Below are positions 53,107 to 64,000 of a stretch of 64,000 nt of DNA, one piece after another (the stretch's first letter is position 1; each line of letters starts with the position of its first letter). Position numbers and translations under genes: made by a program. The notes below the pieces were generated by a model. It did not search any database. It saw only the letters and a program-made list of their open reading frames with translations, and was not told the DNA's origin. This DNA is from Eledone cirrhosa (Eukaryota). The DNA is taken from NCBI GenBank assembly GCA_964016885.1, contig CAXHJY010001078.1, positions 1-64,000 of the forward strand, written 5' to 3'.

Positions 53107-56100
53107 TGACCATGCTGTAAAATGGAGGGGTAGAGAGGGCCCTTGAGTCTAGTAAGACATCCTCTCTAGTGCTGGTGGCACAAATAAAAGCACCCAGTCC
53201 ATGCTGTAAAGTGGCGCTGGTGTTAGGAAGGGCATCCAACCAGTGTATCAATGCCAAAAAGCTTATCAGCACAGCATCAAAACAGCATAGAAAAAATATG
53301 AAGACGTCGCATCTCAGAGTTGCAACACTTAATGTTGGCACTCTCAGAGGTAGATCTGCTGAAATAGCGGAGATGCTGGAGAGAAGGCAGGTGGATGTGT
53401 GCTGTGTGCAAGAGGTGAGATGGAGAGGTGCCTCTGCGAGACTAGTTGTAGGCAAGCGTCTTAGCTATAAGCTATTCTGGGTAGGTAAGGATGATGGGTT
53501 AGGGGGAGTAGGCATTTTCCTGGCTGAGAAATGGATCAATAAGACAATAGAGGTAGTTCGAGTTAGTAATCGAATAATTAAGCTTAGATTAGTTGTAGGT
53601 AGGAGACTACTGACAATCATCTTGGTCTATGCTCCCCAAGCAGGCCTAGGCAAAGATGAGAAAGACTGCTTTTATGAGCAACTTTTGCAAACAACCACAA
53701 TGACAGAGGACGGAGACATCGTTATGCTAGCAGGAGACTTCAATGGTCATGTTGGACAGCTCCAGGATGGTTACACTGGGGTACATGGTGGGCACGGTTA
53801 CGGTTCAAGAAATGAAGAAGGAGTGAGACTTCTTGAATTTTGTGATGCAAGTACATTGACTATTTGCAACACAAACTTCCAGAAACCTGCCAATCACCTA
53901 ATAACCTACAAATCTGGTGAGCACATAAGCCAGATTGACTTCCTGCTAGTTAGGCAGCGGGACAGGCAGATAGTGTCTAATACCAAGGCATACCCTGGGG
54001 AAGAATGTACCCCACAGCATAGGTTAGTTGTTAGTGATATCTCAGTAAGCAAGAGATGGAATGAGACATATAGGAAGGTGTGGAGAAGAAAGGTCTGGAA
54101 GCTAAAAGACCTTTCACTAAAATTCAAATTTAGGAAAGCCTTTCAAAATGTATATGACGAAAAAGAAGACGATTTAGAGACGTATGACATAGATAATAAC
54201 TGGAAGTTCTTACGTGACAACTTGCTGCAGGCTACTGATGAAACCTGTGGCTGGAGCAGAGCTCCAACCAGACAGAGAGTGACCTGGTGGTGGAACAGCA
54301 CAGTAGATAAGGCTATTAGAGACAAAAGACTAGCATGGAAGGCTTGGAAAAAGGGTGGGAGTAGGGAAGAATATACAGCCACTAAGAGAGAAGCTAGACG
54401 TCAGGTGTACTTAGCACGCAGGGAGGCAGAGAGTAGGAGGTTTGCCAATGTTCTGCGACGGGAAGATCAGAGGCGTGCGGTGTTCCACATTGCAAGGCAG
54501 TGTGTCAATGCAAATCAGGATGTTGTTGGAGATAAATGTGTCCGGGATGATGCCGGTGTACTTAGTGTCACGAATGACCAGAAAAAGGAGGCCTGAAATG
54601 TCATTATGAGAGACTGATGAATGTGGAGAACGAATGGGAGAGAGAGAAATTACCCTTGGTAGATCCGACAGAGGGACCAGCTATTGAGATTGACGAATAT
54701 AGGGTCCAAGAGGCGATTAGGGAAATGAAAAATGGCAAGGCGGCCGGACCATCCGGAATAGTTGCTGAGATGCTGAAGGCATCAGGGGACGTAGGCACTA
54801 AACTGGTTGCACGCATCATCAATCAGGCTATATATGGTGGTGTCATACCCAAAGACTGGTGCAGCAGTATTCTCATAAATTGCTACAAAGGTAAAGGGGA
54901 TGCTTTGGAGAGGAGCAATTATAGGGGTATAAAACTGATAGATCAGGTTATGAAAGTGGCAGAAAGGATTTTAGCACAACTAATTAGAGAAAGGGTCAAA
55001 CTAGATGAGATGCAGTTTGGTTTTGTGCCTGGGAAGAGTACAACAGATGCCCTCTTCTTGGTGAGACAAATGCAAGAGAGGTTCTTAGAGAAGAATAAGC
55101 CACTATACTTAGCCTTTGTTGACCTAGAGAAGGCCTTTGATAGGGTACCCCGATCTGTCATCTGGTAGTCCCTAAGGAAGCTAGGTGTTGAGGAATGGCT
55201 TGTGAGGACAGTGCAAACTTTGTACAGAGGTACTCTCAGTAAAGTCAGGGTAGGAATGGAGTTTAGTGAGGAATTCCAGATACAAGTAGGAGTACATCAG
55301 GGTTCGGTCCTCAGCCCGCTCTTGTTCATTATAGTCCTCCAAGCCATAACAGAGGAGTTTAAGACTGGCTGTCCATGGGAACTTCTCTGTGCTGACGATC
55401 TGGCTCTTATAGCAGAATCAGTAGAGGAGCTAGAGAACAAATTCCAGCTATGGAAACAGCAGTTGGAAGCAAGAGGACTGAGAGTAAATCTAGCTAAGAC
55501 AAAAGTGTTGATGAGTAGAAAAGAGGACAAAACCCTGATTCCGTCAGGGAAATGGCCATGTTTGATATGCAGAAAAGGAACTGGCATAAATTCTATAAAA
55601 TGCACACAATGCAGGTCTTGGGTACACAAGAGATGTAGCGGGATAGCAGGCAAACTAACAGGTAGGGAGAAATATGTATGCAGTAGATGTACAGGGAAAT
55701 TAGACAGTAGAAGTCACACTGATAGACACATTTTTCAAATGCGAAAGGGCGCTATAGAAGTGGTGGATAGCTTCCGGTACCTAGGAGATCAGATTAGCAT
55801 GGGAGGAGGGTGTTCCGAGGCCATAGTATCTAGAATAAGGACGGGTTGGAAGAAGTTTAGGGAGCTGCTTCCTCTGTTGACGAAGAAGGGTTTCTCCCTG
55901 CATACGAAAGGCCGGTTGTATGATGCCTGTGTGAGGAGCGCGATGCTGCATGGTACTGAGACATGGGCAGCAACCGCAGAGGATATGCGACGGCTGGAGA
56001 GAAATGAGGCAAGCATGCTCCGTTGGATGTGCAGTGTAAATGTGCGTGAACGACCCAGCATAAATGTGTTGAGAGAGAAACTGTGTCTGAGAGGGATAGA

Positions 56101-56392
56101 ATGTAGTGTACGGGAGAGGAGACTGAGGTGGTATGGACATGTGATGCGCATGGAGGATGACCGATGGGTGAAGAAGTGCCAGGAAATGCCAGTTGAAGGA
56201 AGACGTGGTAGAGGTAGACCATGAAAAACATGGGCGGAGGTGGTGAGAACAGACCTCAGATCATTGAAGCTCACGGTGGAGATGACGAGGGACCGTGACG
56301 AGTGGAGAGATGCTGTGCTGAATAAGACCCGTCCCACCCTTGCAAGCAGGGAAAAGCCGACGTAAAATGATGATGATGATGATGATGATGAT
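53107..56392 (+). mobile_element. Near full-length RTE-clade LINE (APE, RT, PHD finger)
   Basis: 5'UTR with ggtgttaggaagggcatcc; ATLNVGTL, CVQEVRW, YAPQ, GDFNGHVG, SQIDF, QHRLV; NYRGIKL, QFGF, FVDLEKAFDRV, GVHQGSVLSP; (gat)n tail. Confidence 0.97.
53298..56365 (+). pseudogene. RTE ORF, disabled
   Basis: 1-nt frameshift near 54596 (KEAW), TAG at 55166, TGA at 56222; the RT motif reads CADD rather than YADD. Confidence 0.9.
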
Positions 56393-57737
56393 ATAGAGAT
56401 ATAGATATAGTTACATTCCATTATATAACCAGCAGCTCAAATATTATAGCTGTAACTTTTTCTATTCCATATTGTAATATCAAAACATTTAATTTCAGGA
56501 AGTTTTCCTAACTTGTTAATAATTTCTTTTAATTGTCATCTGATTAAAATTAAATCTTTATTTGAGTATTTCCTTAAAATACCAATTATTCATTAAGATG
56601 TTTTCTCTCTTCCCAAAGATTTTGTATTGTTAAAATAATAAAACTCTTTACATTTCTTGTTCTTATAACATTCCTTATCATCATCATCATAATAACTGAC
56701 AGATAATAGATGTCAAATTTAAAAGAATAATTTTTACATTTTTCTTAAAGTTTTACCTAATCTGGATACAGTTGTTTTTCGATGTTATAATTTATGACTT
56801 AATTTTACTAAAACATTCAATGATCTTACTGCAACAATTACAATATACAACTTAAATCTAGTTGAAATGTTCATGGAGAAGGGAGTTCAGTTTGGAAAGT
56901 TTAGCCATCAGCAAATATAAACAATATGAAATCATATTAGAAACAACGATGTCAACAATAACAAGGATACTGTTGATGATGATAGCAATAACAACAAAAG
57001 CAACAACATCAACAACAACAATAATAATAGTAACATTTCTTTCTTTTGTTGACCACAAAGACCTGAGACTTTGAAAACATTACAAAGGAAAAATAAACAA
57101 TAACAAAACAAATACAGATAAAATAATAAAATAATAATAATATGAAATAGAAAAGCTTGCGAATATTAATGATCTTTCATTCTTCAGTGTTCTAAATTTC
57201 TTCACAAAGCATAAGACCTGAGACACTTTTTCGAATATCTTGTAAATTTTTAATTTCATTTTGGAGAGATCAGGATGAGAGAAAAAAAATACATCCTTAG
57301 AGATATTAATATTTTTATTTCTCCTTTCGTACTTAATTTTTCTCCTCATATCCTCCTTTATTATTAATTTAGATGTTTTTGCTTTCTTTCAATCTGCAAT
57401 AACAAAAGTATGGTCATTTCTTTCCCCCTGATGATTGTTTGTTGTTGTTGTATTTTAATTTTTTATGATTAGTTTTATAATTTGCCAAACATTTCCAAAG
57501 ATTAGCTTGTGTTGACTGAAGATTTGAAGGAATGTATTCAGGTGTGATCGTCAAAGAAAATAGTTATATTTTAATATAGTGTCTTAATGAAAATATGTAA
57601 ACAGTGATGATACCTCTAGAGTTATATAACATTGTGACTTAACATTGCAAAATTTTACCTCCATCAGATGTCTACTTACCTATCATAGTTAGATGTAAGA
57701 AAGCAATCCTTGCAAGTGTTTGAATATATATATATAC

Positions 57738-58069
57738 ATCATCATCATTGTTTTTATGCTTGCTTTTCCATACTTGCATGGGTTGGATGGGTCCTTCACA
57801 GCAAGGTATCTCTCCATTTGTCGCATTCCTTCATCATCTCTTCTGCCAGTCTTAGTGATTTAAGGTCTGCTGTCACCACCTCTGCCTGGGTCTTTCTTGG
57901 TCATTCTCTATTGCAGCTTCTTTCCAATGAGATTTCCTGGCATTTCTTCACCCATCAGCCATTGGCCATGTACATCACATGTCCATACCAATGCAGTCTT
58001 TTCTCCTGCACACCATCTTGGATTCCCCTTAAGCCCAACTTCTCTCTCAGCTTGTCTAAGCTCTGCCTT

Positions 58070-58070
<1 letters not shown>
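57738..58070 (-). mobile_element. Degenerate RTE 3' fragment
   Basis: Homologous to 56060-56390 (YGHVM, WVKKCQE relics, RTE tail). Confidence 0.8.
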
Positions 58071-58108
<38 letters not shown>

Positions 58109-60944
58109 GGGGGGTATAATGTCGTGAGTGAAATTCCTCAACTAGACGGTGCATTATGTCTTTAACCAAGACACTTTCACATTGCTTCAGTCCACTCATC
58201 TGGCAAAAGTAAGTTATACCTGTAATTTAAAGGCCCAACCTTGGCACATATTGTGCCATACTGAATCTCCCTAACAACATTCTTGTGTAGGCAGCTCCAG
58301 TGATTCATTCAGCTGGAATATTTTTCACCAGAACAACAACAAAAATATACACAGACACACACACCTATATATATATATATAAACCAATGCAATCGACCAA
58401 CAATTTAGTCTTCTGGCTTTCTACTAGTATGTATTACATCCATTCAATATACTGTTTTCCTGACAAAATACCTAACTACTGATACTCTTGATAGTTTCAT
58501 AGTTCAGTTCATCTGAAGATGATGGAGTAATAAACTTCACTATTAGGAACATTGTGAAACATTACAAATGATGAATGATTGGTTAGTTTACAATGTGCCA
58601 GACAAAATTACCCTGTAGGCTGTTGCAATAGAGATGGACATGGGAAGTAGCATGTATAATTATTCTAGACATAGTTTTATTTAATTCTATTTTACTACAA
58701 CAACCAGTTGTATGTGTCCTCAAACAAAGCATCTAACTCTGTTGATAGAAAATTTCATTCCTACAACACATTTCAGTACTTGGCAGACAAATGGAAGGGT
58801 GCCCAGTTGTAAACAATTTCTCTATTACTTTGTAATACTAGATGTCATTTCCTGTGTCTTGTATTAATCCAGCCAATAAATATTCTATTGGATTGATTGA
58901 TAAATATTCACATACCATACCCTAAATTTATATTGGAAAGTAAAAGGGAAGATTGCAACATTCAGAACTTCTGTAAAGACAATATCAATATATCTGAAAT
59001 AGTTCTGTCAAAGAATGAAAATTCTGCTTTAAAATTAACACATAATAAACATGGTGTCAAAATACCATGTACTTCTATATTTAATTATATCATGTATGTG
59101 TGTGTGTGCACGTGCAGATGTGTTTGTGAGTGTGTGTGGTCGTGTGTGGATACATATATGTATATAAATTCAACCCACACCATATGGTAAAATGAACTTA
59201 AAACAATGATAATTAACATAAGTTTTGTTCCCTTTTGATTCAACGCCACAGTTCTAGTCCTGTAGAAGCCATTTCTATATTAAATTATATATATATATTT
59301 GATTTTGATCAATCTGTAAATTTGCAGCATCTTAAAGATTCCCTTCCGTTTTTACTGAAGTATGTCTTTGATTCATAATTGTCTAATTAAATGAAAACGT
59401 CAGTGAAATTTAATCTCTTTCTAATAAGGGACATAACTTAGCTGGAAGAAAAAAATCAAGGAAGGATCGATTGTCAAATAAGGGAATTAATAAATAAAGA
59501 AACAAGTGATAATTAAAATAGTGATGATGATGATGATGATGATAATAATGCTAACCTATTGGCTAGAAATACAGGCTGAGAAATATTAAGAGTGGGAGAT
59601 GAGGTGTAGAGAGGTTCATATTGTAATAATTATTATTTTATCATATAAATATTTCTTTGTTTTACTCATGTATGAATTGTACAGGATTTAAACCTACCAG
59701 AATCTTTAGCATTTTTCTTTGTAATATTGTTTTTTCTTTATTTACGATATCGGCAATAAGGGATTATGTTGGAAAATAAAGGAATATAATATGAACGGAT
59801 TAGGGATTACACAAGAAGAAATAATAAAGTGGTAATCATAGCTATTGATTAAATTCAAAATAAGGAATGGAATAATAAGGATAATTTTAATGCTGTTTAT
59901 TGATTTTTCCTATATAATTATGACATTTTTTTAAGGAACATTTCGCAATATTCAGTATGATACACTGTATATATATATATATATAAACTGATGAGTCTAT
60001 CCATACAAACAAACATATATATATATATGCATACATACCCTCTCATACACACACACATATGTGTGTGTGTATGTGTCTCTCTCTCTTTATATATATAAGG
60101 GAGGTCATAATCTGTAATTGGATTCGTGATTTTTATTAATCTTCAGGCAATATTAACTCATTTTAATGTTTCTTATATGTTGGTGCATAACGTGAAACTA
60201 GTTGGTGAATTTTCGGTGCATGTGTCAGGTTGCTCTTGTTTAGTTCTAAATCAGTTTTGTATGAGCAGAAAATTGGTGAGTTTGCAGAATTATTAGAACA
60301 TTGGACAAATGCTTTGTAGTAATTTTCCTACACTATACATTCTGAATTCAAATCCTGCCAAAGTTAACTTTGCCTTTCTTCCTTCCAAGGTTGATAGAAT
60401 AAAATACCAATCAAATAGCAGTATCGATATAATCACTTTTCCTCTCCCTTTTTTTCTATTTTATTTTTACTTATGCCAAAATCATTTTTATTGTTCATCA
60501 TTTGGCAGGATTCTTGGAGTGTTGAATAAAAATGCTTTGCAGATTTTATTCCAGCTCTTTCATTCTGAGTGGAAATTTTGCAGCCAGCAATGTGTGTGTA
60601 GGGGGGGGGGGAGTTGAAGTTGTGAAGTTGAGAATAACTGTCATGGAGTACTAGTGGAAGAGGGAAGGTCAGGTCACATTGTATGCTGCAGGTCATGTCT
60701 TCTTCACCACTGTGTAGCTCTAGCCCTCATCGCTTTTAGTCATTTCTGTTGTAAGGTTTAGCTTTATAAGGCAGGTCTTTACAATCTCATCCCATCTCTT
60801 CTTTGGTCTGTCTCTTCCATTTTAACATCTCAGCAATGCTACTGACTATACAGCGACTATATGTATGTGGTTCTGTTTTGAGACAGGTTTGGCATGGCCA
60901 ACTGGCCTGTCCCTCCTCATGACAGAGCCATCCAGTCCCATATG

Positions 60945-61121
60945 GTAAATGTGGTTGGTGTTAGGAAGGGCATCCAGCTGTAAAATTCCCTGCCAAATTT
61001 ACAGTCCTCAATGGAGCAAGCTGTGACATGGCCAACCATGGCCAGACTTGCTTCCTGGCATGGAGGACACGTCTAACTTATGCAAGGATGGACGCATTGA
61101 TGCTAAACGGAAATGATGATG
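60945..61121 (+). mobile_element. Degenerate RTE-related 3' module
   Basis: ggttggtgttaggaagggcatccagctgtaaa ... tgctaaacggaaatgatgatg. Confidence 0.7.
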
Positions 61122-61131
61122 CTATATATAT

Positions 61132-61237
61132 ATAGGAAAATGTTAGACCCCGACGGCAGAGCTCAAGCCGTTTCGATGTCCAGAAATAGCTGTCGAAACG
61201 GCTTGAGCTCTGCTGTCGGGGTCTCACATTTTCCTAT
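61132..61237. repeat. GC-rich hairpin, arms about 45 bp
   Basis: ataggaaaatgttagaccccgacggcagagctcaagccgtttcga-(14 nt)-tcgaaacggcttgagctctgctgtcggggtctcacattttcctat. Confidence 0.93.
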
Positions 61238-61314
61238 TACCCACTCTACTACCCTAAGTATTGAGTACTCTGGTGCGTTATGGTCTATCTGGTTCCTTAC
61301 CCCACCTCCTTCAT

Positions 61315-61378
<64 letters not shown>

Positions 61379-61467
61379 ATGTAAAAGGTAAACAGAAATA
61401 ACAACATAATCGGTACAGTATATGGAAGGAATATATTAGGTTAACGCTTGAAATATCAGGAAGAGGG

Positions 61468-61503
61468 TCTTAACGTTTCGGACGCTAGTCCTTCATCAGA
61501 AGA
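61468..61503 (-). ncRNA. Minimal hammerhead-like motif (Penelope-type)
   Basis: Minus strand reads UCUU-CUGAUGA-A-GGAC-uagc-GUCC-GAAAC-GUU-AAGA; decayed sibling at about 4316-4346. Confidence 0.55.
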
Positions 61504-62251
61504 AAGAATGAGAAATAAGAGAGATTGAAGGGACGGGCAGGGTGAAATTGGAAAAAATGTCTTTAGATAAAAATAACAGGTCCATTCATGTTGACATCTA
61601 TTGGAAAACTGTTAATGATGGCATTTTGTGTATGATTTATTTTTACAGGTACTTTTTACTGCAAGATAATAATTTCTCAAACAGAAATATTTTTTATGAT
61701 AGTCATATGCTAAGTAGTTCACAACATGTGAAACAATCACATTTTCTCTGTGGCTATAGATGGAACATTCCACCATCACTACAGAGAGTTAAGAAAAATC
61801 TGACAAGAATGTTAATAATTCCAAACTGTATATAACAGTTGGATACTCATTCTATTCTACTGGGGAATCTCATATATATTCACCATGTATCAATCACACA
61901 GCAAGGCATTATGTTGTAGATAGAGCAATTTACTTGACAATACCAAATGTAAAATGTATGCATGTTATGGTTTTATTATTTTAAACATTTCTCGGTGGAT
62001 TGGCAGTATCGGTAGAGGTTCGGATGCTATGCTTTGACGTATAGAGTTACAGCCCTTGCCATTCTGAGTTCAAATCTCGCCGAGGTTAACTTTGCCTTTC
62101 ATCCTTACGGCGTCAATAAAATAAAGTACCAGTAATGTACTGGGTGATTTCTGGCTTTGTGCCAATAGTAGAAACAATTATTTTAAACATTTCTCACCAA
62201 TATATCTATCTATATATCTATATATATATATATATCTATGTATCTCTTTCA

Positions 62252-62351
<100 letters not shown>

Positions 62352-62628
62352 TGGTTTCCAACGCAGAAACAATAATCTTTCATTGGAATTTAGTCATCAA
62401 TGAAGCAATTATGAATGTATATATATTAGCAACATTACTCAGGTTTATTGTAAAAGATAGATTGTGGTAAAAAGATGCTGACAATGTTTAGTTGGGTCAC
62501 AAATGTTGATTCACTCAGAATAGATGTATCCCAGTTATTTTAAAGAGAGTTAATTTTCATCATTATTAAAGTGCACACACAAAAAAGAAAAATACAACAA
62601 ATATGGAATTTTCTGCTTTTATATATAT

Positions 62629-62660
<32 letters not shown>

Positions 62661-64000
62661 TTCTGGAAAAAATTCTTTTGTGGGTTTTTTTCAAAATAAT
62701 GTACTAATTTAAATAATTACACTAAATGAATTATTTTCTAATCAGTAAGTTTTTCCAATGCCTACTGCATTGCTTGGGGTTAAACAATATTTTTTCTTTC
62801 TATCAGCTATTAAAAAGAACAAATTACATAACCTGTGACCTTCTCCTAGGTGCTAAATATATCTTTGCTAAGTACTTAGAAAATGCACTCCCACACATAT
62901 ATGCATCATCAGTGATGATAATGAATGTGCAAAGTACATCTTTTCAACCAATGGCACATCATGTGATGTGACCTGTGTCATTTGGTGTTATTGGCCTTTT
63001 AACATTAGCTACCCTTGCCAAGAACTCTAGTGGGGTTGATGAACGACTAATTTGCATTCCAACAGCATATTTCCACAGGTGAGCCATCTTATTCTAAAGT
63101 AACTTGACGGATTACTCTTCAACATTTCTCATGGATTGAATGATCCTCATCATCGCCACTCTTATAATGTCTGTCACTTCTTCTTCACCACTTCCTGGCC
63201 CTTTGTTTTACTGGCTTCAACATAATACTCTTCCTGGGTCACCACATTCCAGTATAATCAGTTATTTTGTTGCCTCAGTTGTCATGATCTTTCCTCATCA
63301 ATGCAATGTTGTTAGAATGTGGCAAGTTGGGTCAGGTGAACATGTCTTGATCATATAGAACATGTATATAACCTATAAATAAGATAGAGTATATATGTAT
63401 GTCATCTGGAATTTTATATATGAGTGTATCTTTAAAGATGTTAAAGAATAGGCAAATGCTTTTTTCTTTCTCTGAAACTTTGAAAATGTAGCTTTGTAAG
63501 TTATGCTGTCTAGTCATTTAACAATTAAAAACTTCTCAGTAATTTGACACATTTACTGAATTCCTGTGTGAAATATAATCATTCTTTGTTATATTTTAAT
63601 AAGTTGTATAAATATATCACCTTTCTTAATTTCTGAGAACAGTGAGTTTTCCGAATAGTTTTCTGATGTCTTGAAAAAGTCTGATATCATTTCTTTTAAA
63701 CATGTTAGTTCTCAAATGTAAACAAGTTCAAAATTAATGTCATTTTTAAATTGGATGCTTTTAATTTTTTTTCTTTGATATATTATGCTTTAGCAATGAT
63801 GATAAACTATGTTAACTATTTTCATTCAGTCTAATCCAAATATTTATCACTGCACGTTACCTTACTTCCATTTTGCTGACATTTCTCCTAGACCTTATTG
63901 ACTTAGTTTCCCTTTTTCTTTAATGTTTGTTCATAAACTCAAACAAGTTCAAATTTAATGTGATATACATCTTTTATGGTTCCTTTCTTATTCACAAAAT

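Overview
Eukaryotic, very AT-rich, repeat-saturated DNA. The repeat content (long (TA)n arrays, RTE/CR1/R4-Dong LINE relics, tRNA-derived SINEs, Penelope-like elements, Tc1/mariner) resembles a coleoid cephalopod, probably an octopus; this is an inference from repeat content only. The one convincing host-gene feature is a 195-nt phase-1/phase-1 exon encoding a Sushi/CCP domain (37629-37823, +; missed by the ORF track), so most of the window is probably intron of a large Sushi-repeat gene, possibly lev-9/Hasp-like. Almost all listed ORFs are microsatellite artefacts or transposon fragments. Main mobile elements: a near full-length but disabled RTE LINE with a PHD finger (53.1-56.4 kb), a split CR1 LINE, a DD37D(maT)-like transposon, a mariner, two Penelope GIY-YIG fragments, R4/Dong fragments, many SINEs and MITEs. 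The most interesting signal is a set of hammerhead-ribozyme motifs (best at 22102-22182, 2246-2288 and 61468-61503, all minus strand) in short non-coding islands next to (TA)n, one inside a 608-bp unit bounded by 54-bp direct repeats. Also notable: fold-back palindromes, RTE 5' inversions and SINE/LINE tail swapping. All coordinates were read by eye and degenerate element ends are approximate.
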